This document shows positions 53,700 to 64,000 of a stretch of DNA of 64,000 nucleotides, piece after piece. The first letter of the stretch is position 1, and each line of letters opens with the position of its first letter. The DNA lies in assembly GCF_006345805.1 (NCBI RefSeq), contig NC_042997.1, positions 78,616,001-78,680,000 of the forward strand. Direction: 5' to 3'. The DNA is from Octopus sinensis (Eukaryota). The notes under the pieces are model-generated. The model did no database searches. It was given only the letters and a program-made list of their open reading frames with translations, and was not told the DNA's origin. The translations under genes and the position numbers were made by a program.

Positions 53700-54548
53700 C
53701 GAGGTCTGATCAATAAGTATCCGGATTATTACCATAGCAATGAAGATAAACCACTCAGAGCCAAACTTCTTGGCACAGATTGACCTTGAACTCTGTTGTA
53801 CATATGCATTAAGTTTTAACGTCTCTACTCAGTTCTGCTGTTTACAGCAGGGCTTGGAAGGAAGGTGTGTAGCGTGTGATAGTCGCATTGATCATGACAG
53901 AGAAAGTTCAGTAGAGAATCTGTATTAAATTTTGTCAAAAGTTTACCGATACTTTCTCAGAGGCTACGCAAAGTTTTCAAAAAGTTTTCATCGCTCTCGA
54001 TACAATCAAGGAAATCTTGTACAACTGAAACCTAAGTGCCTTTTTTGTTCAGCTGAAAGTAGTTTTGGCGCAAACGCGGCAGACACGCGTCTCATATCCA
54101 CGTTTTCTATGATAATGGACTGAACCGAACCGTAACTAATCTTCACATCTGATAACTCAGGGATGCTGATTCGACGATTTCTCCTCAAGCTGCACGTACA
54201 TCTGCGATATTTTACTCAGTTCTGCTGGTTGAGGGTCTCCAAGAACGTTTGTCAATATCGACATTTTTCAGCCATCTTGGAAACGTCTGAACCACTCGTA
54301 CACTTGTGTGCAGCTCATACACTCTTCTCCATACATTTTCTGAAACTTTGCGTAGGCCTCTGAACAGGTATCGCTATGACAACCTTCTCTGTCATGGTCA
54401 ATGCGACGATCACACGCTCAACTCGTTACTTGCAAGCACTGCTGTAAATAGCGGAAGTGAGCAGAGTTCAGGGTCAATGTTTGCCAAGCGGCTTCTCTCT
54501 CTCTGTGCTTTAGCTTCGTTATTATGGCAACAGTCCAGATGCTTTTCG
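53700..54548. mobile_element. mariner-derived fold-back: two diverged 5' ends in inverted orientation
   Basis: 53700-53980 (+) is homologous to the reverse complement of about 54300-54548; minus-strand MRRVSAAFAPKLL; TA at both ends. Confidence 0.7.
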
Positions 54549-55069
54549 TATAGATAACATCATTTTTAGTATATCTGTAAAATAGTTACACGTGTTCTTT
54601 CTGAAATTAAGCCAAATATATTTTATAACTTTTAATCTTTTCCTTCTCCCGTTTAAAAACTACATTGCGTAAGTTTTTCCTATACCTAAATAAACCAACC
54701 ATTTTGATACATTCTGCATTAATTATAAATTCAAACCTATCCCTAAATTTATATTCTGTTATTTACATTCACATTCCAGTATGATTTTCTTTACGATGAC
54801 TTATGTATAGGGATGAATGGGCTGCTCGTAACTCCTTTGTGGTAAGAAAGCGTCATGTGACAATAAAAATAAGCTGTCTTTTTAAAACCAGTCCAATCAA
54901 GTTATATAAGATTGCGTAATAGTTTGTAAAATTTGATCAAAGTGCTTCATGTTAAGCGTCTGTGTCACTTATTTTTAATCTCGTGATTCCTAGATATTGT
55001 TTTGTCGATTTATCTATATATTTTTTAATATCACAACTTCCACTATTTCAATTGAAGAATATATCTTAC

Positions 55070-55439
55070 CTCCGCCATTTTTCTGAACCAGGTAAGGGAA
55101 ACGCCAGACGTTCCCTAATCCAACTGCATAGCCAATTACTGCTAACATATACTGAAATTTGTTATCCCAGGCTCCTCGAGACTTGGTCGGAGCATTTTGT
55201 TCCTCTTCCATTCGGAGAGCTTCCATTAATACTTCAGTTGACTTATTAGTTGTGTCACTAGCGACTGAAGGGCAAGTTCCGTTCGAGCTTTGCTGCTTTT
55301 TCCCAATCCCATCTATAGTTGAGATGCTGAGTTGACGAGGAGTGCCAGATATTTGACTTAACCCATCTTCGTTGTCTGAAATACTTACTAAGTACGAATT
55401 TGAGCGTTGTAACTTTGGTGGGAGTTTATTTGCATCCAT
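55070..55439 (-). CDS. SLC6: First coding exon of an SLC6 (sodium:neurotransmitter symporter family) transporter, neutral amino-acid/orphan branch (SLC6A15-20-like)
   Basis: [37 protein letters not shown]. Acceptor ttttttatcttatAG 4 nt before the ATG (exon starts 55443). Donor G|GTAAGA after 55070, at the intron position commonly seen in SLC6 genes after NGGG. Confidence 0.93.
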
Positions 55440-55533
55440 TTTGCTATAAGATAAAAAATATTAAAACCTTATGCGTAGAATACACAAATAAGTATATACA
55501 TATATGCATATATATATATATGTGTGTGTGTGT

Positions 55534-55576
<43 letters not shown>

Positions 55577-55642
55577 AATAAAATGAGACAACAAAGCCAA
55601 GGCTGTGTGGAATTTTCAGGACATTTATAAAGAGAAAGTTAA

Positions 55643-55690
55643 GTCTTACAGCTGTTTCTGGGATATTATGGATATCCCTTCATCAGAGAC
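55643..55690 (-). ncRNA. Minimal hammerhead in SLC6-sense orientation, within a PLE-type remnant (about 55575-55950)
   Basis: Minus: GTCT-CTGATGA-A-GGGATAT ccata ATATCCC-A-GAAAC-AGCT-GTA-AGAC; palindromic ACAGCTGT. Cut between 55647 and 55646. Confidence 0.7.
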
Positions 55691-55941
55691 ATTGTGATAT
55701 GTTAGATAGAGGAAATTATTAGAGTTCAATATTAGGAGTTATTTTGGAAAAGGAAGCAACTAATATAGGGAAATAGGAGAATGAAAGTAGAAATGAAAAT
55801 AAGAATGTATAAAGATGTTATACATTATTCAAGGAAAGTAGTGTGTAGAAGTGGTAGAAATGCTCCCCGTCCGTGGTATGTAAATTCCAATAGGAGTTCA
55901 TATTTTGTCATCACGAATGGAAAGCGTAGAGACGTAGATTC

Positions 55942-56017
<76 letters not shown>

Positions 56018-56025
56018 ATATATAT

Positions 56026-56242
56026 AACTATAAATAAGGGTATCTGAGAGACACCACCATGCCGAAATAGCAGTCAAACCCTGACTCTAAAAACCACCTA
56101 AAAACCACCTTAGAGTCAGGGTTTGACTGCTATTTCGGCATGGTAGTGTCTCTCAGATACCCTTATTTATAGTTGTAAAAAATTATTACCTTTGTATGGT
56201 ATTTATTCCCATGCTGGCCACTTGATAATATCGATATTATCC
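56026..56242. mobile_element. Fold-back pLTR-like module with degenerate hammerhead
   Basis: 65-bp arms 56026-56090 / 56110-56174 (1 mismatch); GGGTAT-CTGAGAG..GCC-GAAATAGCA-GTC-AAACCC; 56164-56236 has an inverted copy at 53426-53498. Confidence 0.7.
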
Positions 56243-58934
56243 TCATCTGCACCTCCTGCCGTGAAGTTGGTTCATCTGGGACACCTGACAGAAAGAGATC
56301 CAGTTTTATTTTAAAGACTGGATCCACCCCATGCAGGTCTCTCAGGTTCTTCGGGAGGATATTGAAGAGCTGTGGGCCTCTGAAGCCCAGGCTTTCACAG
56401 TATCTTGTCCTACATCTTGATGGCAAATTTGGAGTCCTTGGCACTATGCAGTGGCGCCCAGTTCTAGTATTTGTGTAACTCTCGATGCCAAAGTTTGGGA
56501 CAAGTCCTTCTAGGATCTTCCAGATGTATATTATGGCATATCTTTCTCACCTACGCTCTAAGGAATAGAGTCTTAATCTCTTGAGTCTTTCCTAGTAGCA
56601 TATATATGCTGCACAGAGGCTATCTCCTTCGTGTAGCTTCGTTGGATCGCCTCAAGTTCTGTGATTAACTTGACACTGGTTCTAAGAATCCATCCGGTCA
56701 GCCGCCTACATTTCATTGCCAATTTAGCAACATGCACATGAAAGGTTGCATCATCACTCATGCAAATACCCAGGTCTCGCACTGATTGTGCCTCTGGGAT
56801 TGCAATCCCTCCAGGTCCAGTGTATTTATTGGGTACTGCATTTAGTTTTGCATGCTGATAGTATAAAGCTTGAAACTTTTCAGCATTGAACTGCATGCTA
56901 TTCTTTTCAGCCCACTTGTATATTTTGTTCAGCTCACATTGCAGGTGCACAGTGTCTTCAGGGTTCTGTATTGCCTGCGAAACTTGTGTATCATCTGCAT
57001 AACTTGTGATCGTGGCTCTCTGCGTGGCTGAGGACATGTCTGAGAGGGCCATTATGAACAGTAGTGGTCCCAAAACAGTGCCCTGCGGAACACCGCTCAC
57101 TATTTGCGTGTTAATGGAAGTAGTCCCATTGGCCACTACCACCTGGCTTCTATCCTTCAGAAAGTCATGAAGCCATTCTCCCAATTTTCCAACTACGCCA
57201 AGATCACGCAGTTTGTGACATATCATTCCATGATCGACTTTATCAAAGGCCTTTGCAAAGTCGAGATATATCACTTCCACATTTGAGTGGTTGAGCAGTC
57301 GTTTCAGCACCCAGTCATAGTGTTGTAGGAGCTGAGTTAGGCAGCTTCTTCCTGGCCGGAAACCATGTTGGGTGTCAGGCAGCAAGTCATTTTCTTCAAG
57401 GAAGGTGATTAGTTTCCTTCTGACTATTCGTTCCATGACCTTGCTGATGTGTGAGGTCAGAGAGATAGGTCTGTAGTTCTTGGGCTCCGCTCTGCTACCT
57501 CCTTTATGAATAGGGCATATTTTACCTTCCTTCAGTTTTTTTGGAAGTTTGCCAGCTGCAAGGAAGCTCTGAAAGAGGAACTGCAGTGGTCTTACATACT
57601 TTTAGAAGGATTGCTGGGAATCCATCGGGGCCAGTAGCTGAGTCTGTTTTCATTTCATCTATAGCCTTTATTACATCGTCTTCCTTTATATTGATGTAAT
57701 CAATCATCGCTGCCTCTGATTTTAGATCTGCAGTGGTAAAGAAATCAGTTGGATTGCTGACTTGAAAATGCCCTAGGAGTGGAGAGAAAATACTCTTGAA
57801 TTGCTCATTTAGTATTTCACTTATCCTCATTGGATTTCCTATGAGTGTGCTATCCTTTTCAAGGAGTGGTCCTATCCTACAGTGCACCGTAGCTGTTTCT
57901 TTGGCATACCTGTAGAAAGCTCTGGGGTTAGATTTTATGTTGTCTATAGCCCAGGCTTCATTGTCTGCTCTTTCTTTTTCATGGGAGAGTTGCAAACATT
58001 TTTCAATTTCCAACAGTTTTATTTTCAGGCGCGACTTTTCACTGCTTTCAATTTTTTTGTTTAGGCGATTTGAAACTTTTGTACGCCGTCTCATTAGAAT
58101 TTTCCTCTCTCTGGGGATTTTGTTCTTGTGTACAGTGGCTTTTCTCTCTGGGACACATTTGTAGCATATGGCTTGCATTACAGACGTGAATTGTTGAAGT
58201 TTCATGTCGATGTCTGGCGAGGAGAGACATTCAGGCCAGTTTTGTTTGAGGATCTCTTTCTCAATTTGTTTCCAGTTTGCCTTATGGAAGTTCAAGCTGG
58301 AAAGATTCTGAGAGTTTCTTGTAGACTGCATGTCCATGCTTTCCTTTGGCTCGTACATGGTCAGCACTACCATGTTGTGATCCGGGGATAGTGTCGGTTT
58401 CACTTTCACATTATGAATGAGATCCATATTATTTGTGAAGCAGAGATCCAGTGTGTTACCTGCCCTGGTTGGTTGGAGTATTATTTGCTCCATGTACAGA
58501 GTGTTGGTGAGGTCCTCGTTCGCTTCGTGTCATTCCTGGGAGAGAAAGGCCCTCGGGCCATCTGACATTGAGCAGATTGAAGTCTCCCATAAGAAATACA
58601 CTTATGTGTTGTTCTAATGTGACTACAACTTCTATTTTTATAAGGCAGGCTTCAAACTTGCCTACATGGCTTGGAGAATCAGGAGGGCGATATGTAGCAC
58701 ATATAACTACACCAAGTTGCCTTATATGTACAATTAGTGTGTTAAACACCGAATTTGAGTATGACAAAAGAACCTGAGGTGTGAGGTCCTCGCGGATGTA
58801 CATAGCAACTCCTCCATGACTCCTTTCTTTTCTGTCGGTCCGTAGTACAACATACTATGGTATGTGTATTTCCACATCTGCTACGTCCGGTTTCAGGTGT
58901 GTTTCCGTAAGTGTTATGCATAGGCTTGATCGCA

Positions 58935-58936
<2 letters not shown>
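56242..58936 (-). mobile_element. CR1-like LINE ORF2 (APE + RT), truncated at both ends, few frameshifts
   Basis: TETHL, YRPP, MGDFN, TLDLCFTN, GPDGFP, QHGFRPGRSCLTQLL, YLDFAKAFDKVDH, GVPQGTVLGPLLF, YADD. Confidence 0.95.
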
Positions 58937-59008
<72 letters not shown>

Positions 59009-59141
59009 ATGTATATATATATATATGTATGTAGTATATGTATATATAAATATATATGTATGTATGTATATGTATAATAAATATATATATATATGTATGT
59101 ATATGTATATATAAATATATATATAAATATGTGTGTGTGTA

Positions 59142-60625
59142 TCTCTTATTATAAAAGGCAGATTTTATCTGCCTCCCTTTGTATCTTATAGAAATCTACA
59201 ATATAGGATTTCTTCAATTACAATTTACCTAGCATTTTTAAGAGTAGAATGCATCGGGTCGTGCCAGGTCCACTTTTTAAAATTTCAACCCCAATTAAGC
59301 AAAATTTACAGAAAACTCACATTGTGGTGTATATGTCAAATGTTTTTCTTAGTGTGGCTTACACCACACGCAAACGCACACACACACAAACGGAGCGAAT
59401 TGTTTCACTGACGCTATCACCCTTCTCCTTCCTCCTTGTCTTTGCAAGTTGGCAGCTATTAAAGTGAAAACAGTGAATCCGACAGCGATTAAGAAAATGA
59501 ATTGGTACCTGAATGGAGTGAAAATTTAAAAACTGTTTCTTTCGGTGATTTTTCTGAAGAACTGCACCAAGCCACAGACTTTCCCAGAAGAGTAAAGCCT
59601 TAAACTATTTCTATTTACTTTTTCGAATGAGCCCATTTGAAATCATTACCGTGGAAACGAAACGTTACGCTAAACGTAAACAAAACGAAAGAAAGGATAG
59701 TTTGTTATTTCCCACAACCTTAAATGAAATTAAGGCCTATTTTGCCATAAATATTATTATGGGTATCAGAAAGTTACCTAGAATAACAAATTCTATCGTA
59801 AAATTTTGTTGTGTACCCAATTGAATATTAGCTAATAACCCATTTTCTATAGCGATGTTTGAACAAAATTTTAATAATTTTATATTTTGTTGAATTTAAC
59901 TGTATCTACCTGCAATTAGAGTCACTTTGTGACAAAAATTATAGTATAGAATTGGTTGAGGACATTTCATTAAATTATCTTCCAAAAATCACATTAATAT
60001 ATTGATAAATAAAAAAGTTATTGTTGTTTAATGAAACCAGACTAAATTTATGATTACGTTAGAAATTAATTGAAACACATAAGGGGTGTATTTTGGTCAG
60101 AAATATAGTAACGAAAGGGTTAAGAAAAACCAAAAAATATTTTATTCTTTATAAATGTTGTGTTCAAAATAACATTTTCTTTTAAGAATGTGTATATACA
60201 AAGTATGTGTATATAACTACGTGACTTATATCTTTATATATAAGAGTGAAGTTGTGTGTCTGTCTCCTACGATTTAGATCCTAACTACTCCCACATTTTG
60301 CGGTGCAGTGTAACCAAAACCGGGTATCTTATAGTCGTCAGTCATATCGAGCCCTTCTGGGTATTAGCGCGCGTCTACGATGAGTCTACGATTTAAAAAA
60401 ATTACCATCATATTTTTCCATTTTAATGCATTTTTTTCGCTATTATATAAGGGAAGTAACTCTCTAAAAATATCTACGATGTGTCAACGATTTAAAAAGA
60501 AATTTACCTTAATTTTTTTTCCATTTTTAATGCATTTTTTTCCTATTTTTTGGCTATAACTCTCTAAAAATGCTTATATAGTTATTTCCCTTACAAACCC
60601 GAGCAACGCCGGGCGATACTGCTAG
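59142..60625 (+). mobile_element. Composite non-autonomous Helitron unit 1 (5' module A, piggyBac relic, module B with 3' end)
   Basis: 5' TC at 59142; about 245 bp near-identical to 60638 onward; second TC module at 60231; hairpin plus CTAG at 60622-60625. Confidence 0.7.
59560..60123 (+). mobile_element. piggyBac-like transposase relic with right end
   Basis: TKRYA..TTLNEIKAYFAINIIMGIRKLPRI; ends AAAGGG-TTAA at 60114-60123. Confidence 0.7.
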
Positions 60626-61044
60626 TATATACATATATCTCTTATTATAAAAGGCAGATTTTATCTGCCTCCCTTTGTATCTTATAGAAATCTACAATAT
60701 AGGATTTCTTCAATTACAATTTACCTAGCATTTTTAAGAGTAGAATGCATCGGGTCGTGCCAGGTCCACTTTTTAAAATTTCAACCCCAATTAAGCAAAA
60801 TTTAGAGAAAACTCACATTGTGGTGTATGAGTCAAATGCTTCTCTTAGTGTGGGATACAGCACACGCAAACGCACACACACAGTGTGCAACGAATAAAGT
60901 GAAAGTAATTCACTTTCTGTAGTGAGTGACTCTTTCACTCTACATTCCCACTTCCACTTTACACACATAGACACGCAAATATATAAATAAAATTGTAATC
61001 TAACGTGTGTGTGCGTGTGTGTGTGTGTGCGTGAGTGTGTGACA

Positions 61045-61877
61045 GGAAAGTTTTTTACGACGAATATAACACCTATATCCAAGTAGCAGAAAGATCGCCC
61101 AAAAGTGTATATAGATATTTAAATGTATTTATATATTCATCTATACACAGATGTATGTATAATGTGTGTGTATATATTTCCATAGAGGTAACCTTTCACT
61201 CCATACAAAGTTTTTTAGGACGAATATAAGATCTAAAGTATATACAAGTAGCAGAAAGATCGCCCAAAAGTGTATATAGATATTTAAATGTTTTATATAT
61301 TCATCTATGCACACATGTATGTATAACGTGTGTGTATATATTTCCATAGAGGTAACCATTCACTCCATACAAAGTTTTTTAGGACGAAAATAAGATCTAA
61401 AGTTATCTCTAAGAAAAAGAAAGATCGCCCAAAAATGTATATAGATATTTAAATGTATTTATATATACTATACACAGATGTATGTATAATGTGTGTGTAT
61501 ATATTTCCATAGAGGTACCTTTCACTCCATACAAAGTTTTTTAGGACGAATATAAGATCTAAAGTTATCTCTAAGAAAAAGAAAGATCGTCCAAAAGTGT
61601 ATATAGATATTTAAATGTATTTATATATTCATCTATACACACATGTATATATAATGTGCGTGTATATATTTCCATAGAGGTAACCATTCACTCCATACAA
61701 AGTTTTTTAGGACGAAAATAAGATCTAAAGTTATCTCTAAGAAAAAGAAAGATCGCCCAAAAGTGTATATAGATATTTAAATGCATTCATATATACACAG
61801 ATGTATGTATAATGTGTGTGTATATATTTCCATAGAGGTAACCTTTCACTCCATACAAAGTTTTTTAGGACGAAAAT
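61045..61877 (+). repeat. Tandem array, about 165-bp unit x about 5
   Basis: GAAAGATCG anchors at 61089, 61254, 61419, 61581 and 61747. Confidence 0.9.
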
Positions 61878-62123
61878 ATTTATATATAAAACAAAGGTTG
61901 TGTGTCTGTCTACTCCGATTTAGATTCCTAACTACTCCCACATTTTGCAATGCAGTTTAACCAAAACCGGGTATCTTATAGTCGTGATTCATATCGAGCC
62001 CTTCTGGGTATTAGCGCGCGTCTACGATGAGTCTATGATTTTACAAATAATTTACCATCATTTTTTTCCATTTTAATGCATATTTTTTAATAAAGGGAAG
62101 TAACTCTCAAACTTCACACCAAT

Positions 62124-62648
62124 ATGCGTGCTCATATGCGACGACGTAATATCACATCAGCAACATTTCCTCACACCCTCCTTGCACTTGGCGAAGGCAA
62201 AATACCAGGGGATGAAAATGGTAAATTGCCATCGATTCCATTTGTACCATTGTTAAGACACCTTCTGATCTCAGAGATGCAGTGTTCCCAGATCTACAAG
62301 CTAATTATCAAGAATATGGATTGGATTGGCAAAAAGGCTATACTGGCCCCGAGGAATAAAACTGTTCACCATATTAATGATGAAATGCTAAAACTCATTC
62401 CTGGGGAAGTCTATGTATATCAGTCTATCGATACAACTCCTGACCCAGAGGACGTCATCAACTATCCAATAGAGGTACTCAATTCCTTTGAGCACCCCGG
62501 ACTACCACCACACTTTCTCAAACTTAAAGTTGGTGCCCCTATAATGCTCATCAGAAATTTGGTTCCCCCAAAACAATACAATGGCACGCGTTTTATCGTT
62601 AAGTCCTTATCTCCCACCGTAAACTTATATCAATATTTGCCTGAATAA
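62124..62648 (+). pseudogene. Helitron PIF1-like helicase fragment
   Basis: LLALGEGK, AILAPRN..IN, LNSF..PGLPPH.LKLKVGAPIMLIRNL..NGTR. Confidence 0.88.
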
Positions 62649-62724
62649 TCATCATAATTCAGTGCAATCATTAACAGTACTTTCAAGCAATTCAGCCCCG
62701 AGCAACGCCGGGCAATTCTGCTAG

Positions 62725-62872
62725 TATATATAAGTATATGTATATATATTATATATGTATATATATGTATATATATATATATGTATATATGTATATATAT
62801 ATATATATGTACATATATATGTATATATATATATATATGTATATATGTATATATATATGTACATATATATGC

Positions 62873-62903
<31 letters not shown>

Positions 62904-63586
62904 TGTATATATATGTATATATATATATGATGTATATATATATGTAAATATATATATATGTATATATATATGTATATATATATATGTATTATATATATAT
63001 GTATATATATATATGTATATATATGTATATATGTATATATATATATGTATATATATATACGTACATATATATGTATATATATGTATATATATATATGTAT
63101 ATATATATATATGTATATATATATGTATATATAGTATATAATATATGTATATAATAATATGATATATTATGTGTATATATATATGTATGTATATATAAGC
63201 TTGTATGTATATATATGCATATATATATATATGTATATATATATGTGTGTTTGTGTCTCTGTTTGTCCCTCTAGCATTGCTTGACAACCGATGCTGGTGT
63301 GTTTATGTCCCCGTTACTTAGCGGTTCGGCAAAAGAGAGCGATAGAATAAGTACAGGGCTTACAAAAGAATAAGTCCCGGGGTCGAGTTGCTCGATTAAA
63401 GGCGGTGCTCCACCATGGCCGCAGTCAAATGACTGAAACAAGTAAAAGAGAGAGTAAAAGAGAGTATATATATGTATATACATGTATATATATATGTATA
63501 TATATGTATATATATATGTATATATATGTATATATATGTATATATATGTATACATATGTATATATATGTATATGTATATATATATA

Positions 63587-63619
<33 letters not shown>

Positions 63620-63621
63620 TG

Positions 63622-63654
<33 letters not shown>

Positions 63655-63859
63655 GATTATATATATATATATGTATATATATATGTATATATATATATAG
63701 ATATATATATACAAATATATGTACAGGGCTTAAAAGAATAAGTCCCGGGGTCGAGTTGCTCGATTAAAGGCGGTGCTCCACCATGGCCGCAGTCAAATGA
63801 CTGAAACAAGTAAAGAGAGTATATATGTATATACATGTATATATATATGTATATATATG

Positions 63860-63890
<31 letters not shown>

Positions 63891-63956
63891 GTATATATAT
63901 GTATACATATGTATATATATGTATATGTATATATATATATGTGTGTGTATTATATA

Positions 63957-63991
<35 letters not shown>

Positions 63992-64000
63992 TATGTATAT
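62725..64000. repeat. (TA/TATG)n field containing SINE family 1 3' halves at 63246-63466 and 63721-63822
   Basis: Direct reading; SINE tail AAATGACTGAAACAAGTAAAAGAG. Confidence 0.9.

Larger units (their letters stand above)
60638..62724 (+). mobile_element. Composite non-autonomous Helitron unit 2 (module A, 165-bp tandem array, module B, PIF1 fragment, 3' end)
   Basis: TC at 60638; hairpin CCCGAGCAACGCCGGG plus CTAG at 62721-62724. Confidence 0.8.

Noticed and set aside
61045-61877. CRISPR-like array
   Set aside because: Units are full-length near-identical tandem repeats without unique spacers, in a eukaryotic context with no cas genes.
62124-62648. Host PIF1 helicase gene
   Set aside because: Partial, frameshifted and enclosed by Helitron termini.
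63246-63960. Local duplication of SINE tail plus microsatellite
   Set aside because: Lies in low-complexity sequence at the window edge; slippage or an assembly artefact is as likely as biology.

Overview
Repeat-saturated, AT-rich eukaryotic DNA. It is most likely an octopus/coleoid cephalopod, inferred from the recurring tRNA-headed SINE ending in (AGTAAAAG)n, the (TA/CA/TACA)n fields and the transposon mix; this was not verified. The only host coding sequence I can support is one minus-strand exon (55070-55443) encoding the N-terminus and TM1 of an SLC6 transporter of the neutral amino-acid/orphan branch. No further exon was found, and a 100-N scaffold gap (46251-46350) breaks proven contiguity. 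The rest is decayed RTE, R4/Dong-like and CR1-like LINEs, mariner relics, non-autonomous Helitrons (one with a PIF1 fragment), a piggyBac relic, SINEs and microsatellites, plus one young Penelope-like (PLE) RT+GIY-YIG ORF (640 aa). The most striking unannotated signal is about 13 loci, from sequence-unrelated families, carrying type I hammerhead ribozyme motifs. Most are 'minimal' forms with a palindromic stem III, and most sit in tandem and/or fold-back duplications typical of PLE pLTRs and retrozymes. At 17.7-18.6 kb a 364-nt monomer runs from one predicted cleavage site to the next. Three families carry a U3:A8 swap of the C3:G8 core pair, and one family fuses a tRNA-like Pol III head to a hammerhead. 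All folds were done by eye; no activity or database search was run.
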